Positions 52,731-61,507 of a stretch of 64,000 bases of DNA are shown here, piece after piece. Every line of letters begins with the position of its first letter. Within the stretch, counting starts at the first letter, position 1. Source of the DNA: Phormidesmis sp. (GTDB taxonomy: Bacteria; Cyanobacteriota; Cyanobacteriia; Leptolyngbyales; Leptolyngbyaceae); contig CBDFJR010000005.1 of NCBI GenBank assembly GCA_965248535.1, forward strand, positions 640,001 to 704,000. The letters are read 5' to 3'. Under the pieces are notes generated by a model. It saw nothing but the letters and a program-made list of their open reading frames with translations, did no database searches and was not told where the DNA came from. The position numbers and the translations under genes are program-made.

Positions 52731-53255
52731 ATGCATTTTGATCAAAACAGACGGTTTGGCGTGGTGGGCGCGATCGCCATCAGCACATTGACCGCTTTAT
52801 ATGCCAACCAGAGTCCTGTGTCGTTTGCCCTTCAGCCAGAAATCACGTCCCAAGTTTTGACCTCTACCCCAAAAGATCTCCAACAAAAAAGCGCCCCGCT
52901 CAAGGTCGGTTCGCTTAAAGAGTTGCAGGGAGATCAAACCTGTCGCGGCACTGGGGGCATTATGACCTATGCCGAAACCAACCATTATTTGGTTTATATC
53001 TGCTCAGATCAAAAAGATCCTAGTCAGCCCCGCTATTATCGAAGTCGCGATCGTCGCAATCACAACAGCACCCTCAACCTAGAAGCCACGAACTATAACC
53101 CTCGTCAAATGCGATATTTTGAGTTTAAAAACAAGGGCTACACCTACGTGCTGCAAATGCCCATGGCTCAGATTCCTAACCCAGTGCTAGCGATTGAGTT
53201 CCCCAGCGGCAAGCGAGTCGAGGAGCGCATCTTACGCTATCTGGCAAAAAGTTAG
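52731..53255 (+). CDS. exported hypothetical protein
   Basis: AGGAG RBS, hydrophobic N-terminus, YAETNHYLVYIC motif. Confidence 0.7.
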   Translation: MHFDQNRRFGVVGAIAISTLTALYANQSPVSFALQPEITSQVLTSTPKDLQQKSAPLKVGSLKELQGDQTCRGTGGIMTYAETNHYLVYICSDQKDPSQPRYYRSRDRRNHNSTLNLEATNYNPRQMRYFEFKNKGYTYVLQMPMAQIPNPVLAIEFPSGKRVEERILRYLAKS

Positions 53256-53303
53256 GCAATCTTGTCAATCGGTTCGTCATCGGTTGCATTCAGACTCGGC
53301 GAT

Positions 53304-54101
53304 CTAATTCAAACTCAGGGCCAACTGCAACTCAGGAGAGGCACCCAGAGACGCGGGTAGGGGCGTTGGCTCTGGGCTGACCGCAGGGCAATAGCGGGCA
53401 TAAGCACAGCGATCGCACTGCTTTCCGGGGGTTGGCTCCCAAGTCTGATCTTCTCGTAGACGCACCGCCAGATTAGAAATCACCTTCTGCACCTGTTTTT
53501 TGTGCTTGCGGGTAGCGCGAAACCGCACCATTTCTCCCGTTCGCAAAAACAGCAGGCTCAGATATTTCAGGCTTTTTTGGTAGGTCTGCTCTAGGGCTAG
53601 GTAATATAGCCCAATTTGCAGATCCATCTCATTGGGGTCGGGCAATTTAAAGTCTCGGCTCGATTTGTAGTCGATGAGTTCTAAGCCGTCGCTGAGGTAG
53701 TCGATTCTGTCATAGCGCCCCGTGACGCAAAATTCTAGATTTTCGACTTGCAGATAAGCGTGAATTTTGCCTTCAACTGCCAAGGGCTGCCGCAGCGACG
53801 ATTCTGTCGCGACAAACTTTTGATAATAGCCCTCTAGAATGTCTTTGCCTTCTAGAATCTGGTTAGCGGTCAACCCAGTTGAGTGATCATCCCAGCAGCG
53901 GTAGACCCAGTGCAGTTCAGGAATCGGGTCGTTATAGTGCCAATCTCGATGAAATTTTGCAAGTGCCTGATGTAGAGCAGACCCCAGCGCCGCAGAGCCA
54001 AAAAATTCGTTAGAACTCAGCCGTCTCTCATAGCGCAGATAGTAAGCATAAGGGCAGCGATTGTAAGCCTGGAGCTTGGTTGCAGAAATTTGGTAGGTCA
54101 T
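53304..54101 (-). CDS. PD-(D/E)XK nuclease, RecB/AddB/Cas4-like with predicted 4Fe-4S ligands
   Basis: SATKL..Y.RCP, GSALH, GRYDRID, LIDYKS, QIGLY, CDRCAYARYCP. Confidence 0.88.
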   Translation of the reverse strand: MTYQISATKLQAYNRCPYAYYLRYERRLSSNEFFGSAALGSALHQALAKFHRDWHYNDPIPELHWVYRCWDDHSTGLTANQILEGKDILEGYYQKFVATESSLRQPLAVEGKIHAYLQVENLEFCVTGRYDRIDYLSDGLELIDYKSSRDFKLPDPNEMDLQIGLYYLALEQTYQKSLKYLSLLFLRTGEMVRFRATRKHKKQVQKVISNLAVRLREDQTWEPTPGKQCDRCAYARYCPAVSPEPTPLPASLGASPELQLALSLN

Positions 54102-54160
54102 AGCCCAACGATCGCAATAACAGGGTGGTAGGGATTGAGCGGTCGAACATTAAACGGGCG

Positions 54161-54373
54161 TTAAACTGGCTCGACGGTGCGCTTAAACAAAGAGTCGAGG
54201 TAGATGCGGGCAGTTTGACGATCGTTGGTCGTGCGGTTTTGCAGCAAAAATAACGAAAGCGCTGCCGAAAATACGCGGTCTTGATCCCAATCGGGGCGCG
54301 CCTCGACAAAGGTCATAAATGATTGGTGCAGAGATTCAGGAATTTCGACCAAGATGCTGATGTTGCTGTCCAT
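54161..54373 (-). CDS. DUF2811 family protein
   Basis: EIPESLH, PDWDQDRVFSAALSLFLLQN, RIYLDSLF; GAGG RBS. Confidence 0.88.
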   Translation of the reverse strand: MDSNISILVEIPESLHQSFMTFVEARPDWDQDRVFSAALSLFLLQNRTTNDRQTARIYLDSLFKRTVEPV

Positions 54374-54708
54374 GAAAAACCTCGTTGTGAATGCAGGACG
54401 GAAATGAATGGCAAAACCTGATTTTTAAGCACAAATCTGCCAGCAGAAATTTGCGCCTCAAACTTCTCTAAGGTCACCCCTCCTAAGGTTCCGTTTCTTG
54501 CAGGAGGTGAGGTTGATAGAGGTCTGAATGCTTCAGGTCAGTCGCTATATCTTGCGCGATCGTCCCCAAAATTACAACGTTAAGGAAGGTAAAGAGACGC
54601 TTAAGAGTAAAAAACTATCAACGAGAGAATCAGGCTTTCAGGCTCTTTTTCGTTACATAGCTTTATAAAGACCGGACTTTGCCCCAGAGTTGACGAGGGC
54701 GATCGCAG

Positions 54709-54837
54709 TTATCCACAGGCGAACCGATCAAGCCGATCAGAAGCCGATCTCCTGTGGAAAACTTTTAAAAGGGTGGGGAAAACCTGGGGAAAAGCTATTA
54801 AACATCTGTGGAATGAATGTGGAATCGCTGGGGAAAA
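54709..54837. promoter_or_regulatory. cluster of DnaA boxes
   Basis: TTATCCACA 54709, TGTGGAAAA 54753, TGGGGAAAA 54774/54785/54829, TGTGGAATN 54807/54818. Confidence 0.75.
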
Positions 54838-55136
54838 GCTCGGCTAATGTAAAGTTTTGTAACATTTTGGGTTCCCGATCGAGAAATCTAGATTTCTCAA
54901 CATTGTTAGGGAACCCTAATAGGACTTTACTCTCCAAGCGGCTTTCTCAGTAATTCTACCCTTATCAAACTGAGTCAGAAGGGCCTATCGAAAGCTGCTT
55001 TCTCTCAAGCCTGTAGTCGATAGTACGGGCGATCCGGAGACATTGACTCGTTTAGCCCACCAAACAAAACGCCCAGACAAGAGCGTCTGAGCGATCGGCT
55101 ACCCGTATTCAAGAACGCGATCGCCACACCGTGACG

Positions 55137-55676
55137 CTAACAGAGGCGCTTCTCTAAATATTGACCAATCATCTGCTGTTCGCCTGCACGCGAAATAATG
55201 GTTTGACGGGTGCGATATTTGGTGCCCACCAGCTTTAACTCTTCTTCAAACACCGAGTCTTTATATTCTGTTTTGAGACACAGCGTTTCAGGATTGGTGA
55301 AATAAAACTCAGCCGTCACGGGTTTTGGGGTGGCAAAGCCCCGATCGCGATACAGCGTCGTTCCTAATACTCCAAACAGAGTCGAGCCTTTAGACTCTTT
55401 TTGACCCGAAACCGAGTTTTTGCTATCCCATGTTACGGCGGCTCCGCAGGTCATCACCGTTAGGTCATCCAGGCTATGGAGTCGAGCCAGTTCAGCCAAC
55501 TCTAAACATCCTGGCTCTAAAAAGCGAATCTTGACCAGACTCACCATCTCTTTAGGTTCCCCGTCTGGTAACGTGTAATAGCGCCGCTCTGAGCGCCACT
55601 CACCCACTGACTGTTGAAAAAAAGCAGCAATCAGAGATTCGTTGATCGTCGATTGAGACTGTAGGGATAATGTCAC
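55137..55676 (-). CDS. phycobiliprotein lyase, CpcS/CpeS family (possibly CpcV subtype)
   Basis: FFQQSVGEWRSERRYY, LYRDRGFA, FEEELKL, RTRQT. Confidence 0.85.
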   Translation of the reverse strand: MTLSLQSQSTINESLIAAFFQQSVGEWRSERRYYTLPDGEPKEMVSLVKIRFLEPGCLELAELARLHSLDDLTVMTCGAAVTWDSKNSVSGQKESKGSTLFGVLGTTLYRDRGFATPKPVTAEFYFTNPETLCLKTEYKDSVFEEELKLVGTKYRTRQTIISRAGEQQMIGQYLEKRLC

Positions 55677-55941
55677 GAAAGTAGCTCCTCAAGAGAATAA
55701 AGGGCAGTGAGCAAAAAGCCATCCGCTACAACTGAGCAGCGCTTTTATCTGCATTTTTGTGGGCAACCACACCGATTCTGTTACGATTCTTAATGTACCG
55801 CATAAGCTCTAGTGCGTGCTTCCCCTTAGAGAAGGATTTTGGCGCTGCCATTTTGGGCGATCGAGCGGCGCTGAGTGACATTTCTCTACTGGAGATTGCG
55901 GTTTTCACGGTTTGCCCGATTCACCTATCCCCCTCAGATTG

Positions 55942-56853
55942 ATGCCAGTACTTGAGGTGCGACACCTCCAAAAAACTTATCGATCGTCTCGCAAGCAGCT
56001 AACTCAAGCGGTGCGTGATGTCTCTCTCACTATTGCCCAGCAAGAAGTGTTGGCATTTTTAGGGCCAAACGGAGCCGGAAAAACCACCACGATCAAAATG
56101 ATTGCGGGGTTGATTTTGCCCGATCGCGGCGAGGTCACCATTAATGGACGTGATCCCCACCGCGATGCCCAGGCTTTGCGATCGCTCGGAGCCGTTTTAG
56201 AAGGCAACCGCAATCTCTATTGGCGACTAACTCCGGTCGAGAATCTAGAATATTTTGGTGTGCTGCGCGGCCTCAGCCAAAAAGTGGCTCGACAGCGTGG
56301 ACGCGAACTTTTAGAACGGTTTGAGCTATCCCACAAGCGCCAAGCTCCCGTGCAGACGCTATCGCGAGGAATGCAGCAAAAACTAGCGATCGCCGTGGCG
56401 CTGATTCACGAACCTCAACTACTGCTGCTCGACGAGCCAACGTTGGGGCTAGATGTCGAAGCTACTCAAACGGTCAAACGTCTGATTCGAGAAATTGCCA
56501 GCGAGGGACGAGCCATTCTGTTGACGACTCACCAATTGGATATTGCCGAAGAACTCTCCGATCGGGTGGCGATTATCAATCAGGGCGCGATCGTCGCCGA
56601 AGAATCGACTGGGGAACTGATTCGCCGATTTTCTGGCAGTGCCTATGTTGTGGAATTAGAGCAGGAGTTAGACGGCGATCGTCTCAGCAAGATTCACAAT
56701 TTGGGCGCGATCGTCAACGGAAAAACGATTCTAATTCGAGAGTCAGAACTGCTATACGCCATCTTGCACATTCTCCAACCGCTTCCCCTAGTCCGGGTGG
56801 CCAAAGAGCAAGCAAATCTGACTGACGTTTTTCTACAGCTTATTCAAACTTAA
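55942..56853 (+). CDS. ABC-2 type exporter ATP-binding protein
   Basis: GPNGAGKTT, LSRGMQQK, LLLDEPTLGLD, TTHQL. Confidence 0.93.
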   Translation: MPVLEVRHLQKTYRSSRKQLTQAVRDVSLTIAQQEVLAFLGPNGAGKTTTIKMIAGLILPDRGEVTINGRDPHRDAQALRSLGAVLEGNRNLYWRLTPVENLEYFGVLRGLSQKVARQRGRELLERFELSHKRQAPVQTLSRGMQQKLAIAVALIHEPQLLLLDEPTLGLDVEATQTVKRLIREIASEGRAILLTTHQLDIAEELSDRVAIINQGAIVAEESTGELIRRFSGSAYVVELEQELDGDRLSKIHNLGAIVNGKTILIRESELLYAILHILQPLPLVRVAKEQANLTDVFLQLIQT

Positions 56854-56864
56854 TCCGAGTCACT

Positions 56865-57638
56865 GTGTTGAAATTATTTCTAGCCGAAGTTAAACGGAGT
56901 TGGATTCAGTTTATTCGCTACCCTGCCGAAGCGATCGGGGGCATTTTTATCATCAGCGCTCTGTTTTATGGCTTGTTTCTCGGTGCTACCTATGTCGCGG
57001 GGTCAAGCATCAAACTCGGCGATCGACTTGACTCGATCATCGTTGGCTATATGCTGTGGACGCTGGTGACGTTTGTGCTTTTCGACATTGCCGGAACGCT
57101 GCAAAACGAAGCCCAAACCGGAACCCTTGAGCAGCTATTTATTTCGCCGTTTGGGGCATCTCGCGTTTTTTTGACTCGTGCGATCGCTAACTTGATGATT
57201 CAGTTTGTTTTAATCACCACAATTTTGCTGATCATCATGTCCCTCACAGGGCGCTGGCTGTCGTTTCCTCCCACGTTGATCTTTCCATTAATCTCTGTGT
57301 TGCTAGGAGCGTATGGACTATCGTTTGCGATCGGATCTTTGGCCCTAGTGCTAAAACGCATTCAGCAGCTATTGGGAATCTTTCAGTTTGCGCTACTATT
57401 TTTGTTAAGCGCCCCGACCGAAACCTGGACAGGCTCTTTAAAGACCTTGGGGTGGCTATTGCCCATGACCACCGGGGCAGGGCTGCTCAGAGACTTAATC
57501 GCCCGTCAACAGCCCCTCAATTTGCCTCAGCTTGGCGTGGCTCTGCTCAACGGCGGCGGCTATTTGGCGCTGGGGCTGACCTTATTTGGGCTTGCCGAAC
57601 GGGAAACTAAGCGCCGAGGCAGACTAGGCGGCTATTGA
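56865..57638 (+). CDS. ABC-2 type exporter permease
   Basis: About 6 TMs, EAQTGTLEQLFISP; directly follows the ATPase. Confidence 0.9.
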   Translation: MLKLFLAEVKRSWIQFIRYPAEAIGGIFIISALFYGLFLGATYVAGSSIKLGDRLDSIIVGYMLWTLVTFVLFDIAGTLQNEAQTGTLEQLFISPFGASRVFLTRAIANLMIQFVLITTILLIIMSLTGRWLSFPPTLIFPLISVLLGAYGLSFAIGSLALVLKRIQQLLGIFQFALLFLLSAPTETWTGSLKTLGWLLPMTTGAGLLRDLIARQQPLNLPQLGVALLNGGGYLALGLTLFGLAERETKRRGRLGGY

Positions 57639-57729
57639 ATGCTAAATTGCAAATCTGTCTATAGGCAAACAGACAACGCGATCAAAATCAGTTATCTTCC
57701 TGCTAAATGATAGTCAAGGAAAGATTCTA

Positions 57730-58443
57730 GTGTTTCCGATCAGCGATGACAACCCAACGCGCATCACCCCTTATGTCACCTATGGGCTGATCGCCCTCAA
57801 TGTCTTGGTTTTTATCTACCAGTTGACCCTGACCCCACAGCAACTAGAGTCGTTTTTCTTCACTTGGGCGGTGATTCCTAAACAGTTAAGCGAAAGTTTT
57901 AGAGGCGCTGCAAGTCCTTCTGGCTTACCAGAGTGGATTACGCTGATCACCTCCCAATTCCTGCACGGGGGTTTTTTGCACATTGCTGGTAACATGCTGT
58001 TTTTGTGGATCTTTGGCAACAATGTCGAAGATCGGCTAGGGCACCTCAAGTTTTTAATCTTCTACATCGCTTGTGGGGTCTTAGCTGCCTTGAGTCAATG
58101 GTTCTTTTCAGCCGGGTCTGATGTGCCTTCGTTAGGGGCAAGTGGCGCGATCGCTGGGGTGATGGGAGCCTATATTCTGCGGTTTCCCAATGTGAAAGTG
58201 TTAACTATTATTCCTTTGGGCATTGTTCTCTTGCCCGTGCGAATTCCAGCCGTGTTCTATTTAGGGATTTGGTTTTTGCAGCAAGCTCTCTATGGCGTTG
58301 CCAGTCTGAGTGTGCGGACAAATATTGGCATGCAGGGCGGTGGGATCGCTTATTGGGCCCACGCTGGGGGGTTTGTGTTTGGCGCAGTGTTAGGGCCGCT
58401 GCTGGGTCTGTTTTCAGAAGATTCTGAAGCCCGATCGTATTGA
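57730..58443 (+). CDS. rhomboid intramembrane serine protease
   Basis: FLHGGFLHIAGNML, GASGAI, AHAGGF. Confidence 0.95.
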   Translation: MFPISDDNPTRITPYVTYGLIALNVLVFIYQLTLTPQQLESFFFTWAVIPKQLSESFRGAASPSGLPEWITLITSQFLHGGFLHIAGNMLFLWIFGNNVEDRLGHLKFLIFYIACGVLAALSQWFFSAGSDVPSLGASGAIAGVMGAYILRFPNVKVLTIIPLGIVLLPVRIPAVFYLGIWFLQQALYGVASLSVRTNIGMQGGGIAYWAHAGGFVFGAVLGPLLGLFSEDSEARSY

Positions 58444-58782
58444 GGTGACTGCGATCGGACTTCACACGCTTAAAAGCGGCGGGTTGCCCGGCTTAGACCC
58501 TGTTGAAGAAATGCGTCGCCAGGTCTTGCAGTAGATCTCACCAAGACTGATAATTATAGAGAAATCTTCAGGTTTTGCGGGTTTGCTCCCTGTTCAAATC
58601 GAGCAAAACAACTAGGTCAACCCAAATCAATCGCTGGGGCCAGCCCGATCGAGCTACCCAGACGCTCTGTGATCAGCAAAGCAACCCATTGATTTGGTTA
58701 GATTAGTGGCTGTCTGAGCGATCGCATCAATACGCATTCTTGACACATTTCAAATCAGATAACATCCCAGGAGCAATGACAC

Positions 58783-59196
58783 ATGGGCGGTCTTATTAAA
58801 CTTATCAAAAACCTCTTTGGCGGCATCTTTTCCTTTTTAGGCGGGCTTATCGGCGGCAAAAAATCGATCGAAGGCAGCGCTCCTAAAACTCGCAAAAGCT
58901 CTGGCTATTTTCTAGAGTTAGACGAAGCTGAATCTATAAAAAAGCCCACCGTCAGCACTCCCGCAGCCACCCCTGTTGCGACCCTTAGCAAAGCAGCGCC
59001 GGCCGCCAGCAATGGCTCTGTTGCGGTTGCAGAAAAGCCCCGTGCGATCGCTGCTGTGGCGGTGGCTCAAAAGCCCGCAGCCTCACCTGAGTTTGCAACC
59101 AAATATTTAGTGCCCACCACCAATGGTAGTCGTCGTCGCCCCGGCGCAAACATGAATTCCTATCTCGACATGGCACGAGGCATGAAATCTAACTAG
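58783..59196 (+). CDS. conserved cyanobacterial hypothetical protein
   Basis: Amphipathic N-terminal helix, GYFLELD, C-terminal RRRPGANMNSYLDMAR; AGGAG RBS. Confidence 0.75.
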   Translation: MGGLIKLIKNLFGGIFSFLGGLIGGKKSIEGSAPKTRKSSGYFLELDEAESIKKPTVSTPAATPVATLSKAAPAASNGSVAVAEKPRAIAAVAVAQKPAASPEFATKYLVPTTNGSRRRPGANMNSYLDMARGMKSN

Positions 59197-59231
59197 ATTT
59201 CTAAACCTAAGATTTTTGACCCATAGTCGCT

Positions 59232-59270
59232 AAAAAAGCATCTCAGATCTACCGATCGAGATGCTTTTTT
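59232..59270. terminator. bidirectional intrinsic terminator
   Basis: AAAAAAGCATCTC...GAGATGCTTTTTT between convergent genes. Confidence 0.8.
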
Positions 59271-59291
59271 GATCGGTGATTTGAAAGGTGA

Positions 59292-59474
59292 TTAATACAC
59301 TTCGGTTCTGCGCTCTTCTGTTTTTTGCAGCACCCAAATGGCATGAATCATACCCGGAACCCAACCCAAAATAGTCAGCAAGACGTTAATGAAAAAAGCT
59401 GAACTGATGCCAGTGTCAAGAAAAACAGCCAGAGGCGGCAAGACGATCGCCAACAAAAAACGAACAATTTTCAT
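59292..59474 (-). CDS. YqaE/Pmp3 family membrane protein
   Basis: LAIVLPPLAVF...INVLLTILGWVPGMIHAIW. Confidence 0.93.
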   Translation of the reverse strand: MKIVRFLLAIVLPPLAVFLDTGISSAFFINVLLTILGWVPGMIHAIWVLQKTEERRTEVY

Positions 59475-59557
59475 AGAATTTTTACCCTACATCAGTTTTA
59501 ATCACGTCCAATAGCATTGTCTTTAATTTGGTTTGCTTTTAGCCTCCATCTCAAGGA

Positions 59558-60649
59558 TTAAACTCTAGAATCTCTTGCAAACGTTAACCCACTGTAGAGA
59601 TGAAAAGCCGGATTCCAGGGGCTAGTGTCTTGACCCCAGAGATGAACGTGAGACTTGAGGCGCTGGAGCAAATTAGGAAACTCGATCGCGGTTTCTGCAA
59701 AAGGAGTGAACTCTGACCAAATTGGCTGCTCAGGGAGTTGATAGTTGAGAAATGCGAGTAAATGATTCCAGAAAATGCGATTGGTGGTTTGAGCGATCGT
59801 GGCCGTTGAGTCTGAAAAAGCCATCCCTTGATGAAACTGATAATTTAGGTCGCAGATTCTCAAAATGCAGCGCCTTTTAGGAAGATGCAAATCGCAAATA
59901 TGAGCATAGTCTTGGGTTTGCTCTTTGCGCTGTCGCTGTGTCTTTTGTCGAGCATCGGTGTCAACAACTTGCTCAAAGATGGGCAGTCGTCCGATAACGC
60001 GCTGTGTCACTTCTGCCCAATCGAAACTGAGAGAACCCAGTTGATCGTGCTCATTTTTGCAGACTGCAATTGCTTTAGGCTGATAGTCTTGAAAATGTTG
60101 AACTTGAAAGACTTGTAGCGTTTGAAGCGCTTCTAGAGGTGCCCAAAACGCTGGAATTTCGGACTCTCTAAGCTGCTGTCCATAGAGTTGCAGTTCTCCG
60201 ATCGCGCCCGTGCGATAGAGCCGCCAGCCGCGATGAGGAAGCTGTAGCCTGGCTGTGTAGGCATCTAGCTTCATGATTCGAGCAAAGTTTTGAGCCGCTG
60301 TCGTGCGACTGTCAGGAGCGATCGGTTCTAAGATTAACATCCCCATCTCGGCATTTTGGGGATCGGCGGTGGCTTGGGCGATCGCGGCTTGTTGGCGAGT
60401 TTGAGCTAGGGCTGCCAGTCGCTGAATGCCTTGCCGAGCCTGACCCGCAACTTTGGGATTGACCACATCGCGCAACAATTGCCGATAGATTTCTTCGGCC
60501 GCCTCTAATTTGCCAGACACTTCATAGAGCCGCCCGCGATAAAGCTGCCCATAGGGGTTTTGGGGCGATTCACGCAAGAATTCTTTAAGCAACTTGGCGG
60601 CGGTGCGATAGTCTTGACGATCGAAGGCGGCAGCAATTTGATCCAGCAT
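59558..60649 (-). CDS. TPR-containing conserved cyanobacterial protein
   Basis: N-terminal TPR-like helices; WSEFTPFAE, FHLYSGL. Confidence 0.8.
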   Translation of the reverse strand: MLDQIAAAFDRQDYRTAAKLLKEFLRESPQNPYGQLYRGRLYEVSGKLEAAEEIYRQLLRDVVNPKVAGQARQGIQRLAALAQTRQQAAIAQATADPQNAEMGMLILEPIAPDSRTTAAQNFARIMKLDAYTARLQLPHRGWRLYRTGAIGELQLYGQQLRESEIPAFWAPLEALQTLQVFQVQHFQDYQPKAIAVCKNEHDQLGSLSFDWAEVTQRVIGRLPIFEQVVDTDARQKTQRQRKEQTQDYAHICDLHLPKRRCILRICDLNYQFHQGMAFSDSTATIAQTTNRIFWNHLLAFLNYQLPEQPIWSEFTPFAETAIEFPNLLQRLKSHVHLWGQDTSPWNPAFHLYSGLTFARDSRV

Positions 60650-60689
60650 GGTTGACTCAGACTGAAGGGCTATTTCTTTTTTTCAGTCT

Positions 60690-61424
60690 TCACTCTTCAT
60701 TCTTCATTTTTTCTAAGACTCCTGCAACTAGTGAGAGCGCTACGATCGGGGCCGTCACGGCTCGCAAAATGCGCCGACCGAGCGAAATTGGCTGATAGCC
60801 CGCCGCGATCGCGCCTTCGATTTCAGAATTTGTCCAGCCGCCTTCGGGCCCGATCGCCAAGGTGATTAAAGGACAAACCGCCTGGTCTAAATAATCCAGC
60901 AAATGGATCGAGTCGCCTCGTGCGAGAGCGATCAAGCGGCAGGTGTTGGGATTGGACGATTCTGTTTGGAGGCGATCGCACCAAGAAACCGGATCTAAAA
61001 TCTCAGGCACGATTTGCCGCTCACATTGCTCTGCGGCTTCTTGGGCGATGCGTCGCCAGCGTTCTAGCTTGTTGGCACTCGGATGCAGAAGAGTTCTCTC
61101 AGTGATCACGGGCGCAATGCACGTCACACCTAATTCTGTGAGTTGCCGCACGACCTCATCAAACCCGTTGCCTTTGGGGAGGGACAGCACTAACGTCACC
61201 GAGATCGGCAGTTCAGACTGGGCGTGAATCGGGTCTAAAATCTGTGCCCGATCGCCCTCTAAAGCCGCTAGCCAACCGTGTCCTTGCCCATCCATCGCGA
61301 TGAACTGACCGCCCGATCGCAGCCGCAAAACTCGACTCAAATAATGCTGCTGCTCGATCGTCAAAACTATCTGCTGCTGATCAATTTGAGAGGGAGTGAT
61401 CACGAGCCTTTGCAACTGAGCCAT
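60690..61424 (-). CDS. rsmE: 16S rRNA m3U1498 methyltransferase
   Basis: HYLSRVLRL, TELGV, EAAEQCER, IGPEGGW, SLGRRILRAVTA. Confidence 0.95.
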   Translation of the reverse strand: MAQLQRLVITPSQIDQQQIVLTIEQQHYLSRVLRLRSGGQFIAMDGQGHGWLAALEGDRAQILDPIHAQSELPISVTLVLSLPKGNGFDEVVRQLTELGVTCIAPVITERTLLHPSANKLERWRRIAQEAAEQCERQIVPEILDPVSWCDRLQTESSNPNTCRLIALARGDSIHLLDYLDQAVCPLITLAIGPEGGWTNSEIEGAIAAGYQPISLGRRILRAVTAPIVALSLVAGVLEKMKNEE

Positions 61425-61507
61425 TGTAAATCTCTAATAACTTCAATAAAAAAGTAGGAGCGAATTAAACACCCCTACTCAAACAGCAGATAGCCCGATC
61501 GGAGCTT

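Noticed and set aside
54753..54837. Possible CRISPR array next to the Cas4-like nuclease
   Set aside because: Repeats are 9 bp on an 11-bp period with no spacers; no cas1/cas2 present
54690..54953. ORFs 54690-54953 (+) and 54737-54937 (-)
   Set aside because: No recognisable protein features; they are translations of the DnaA-box array
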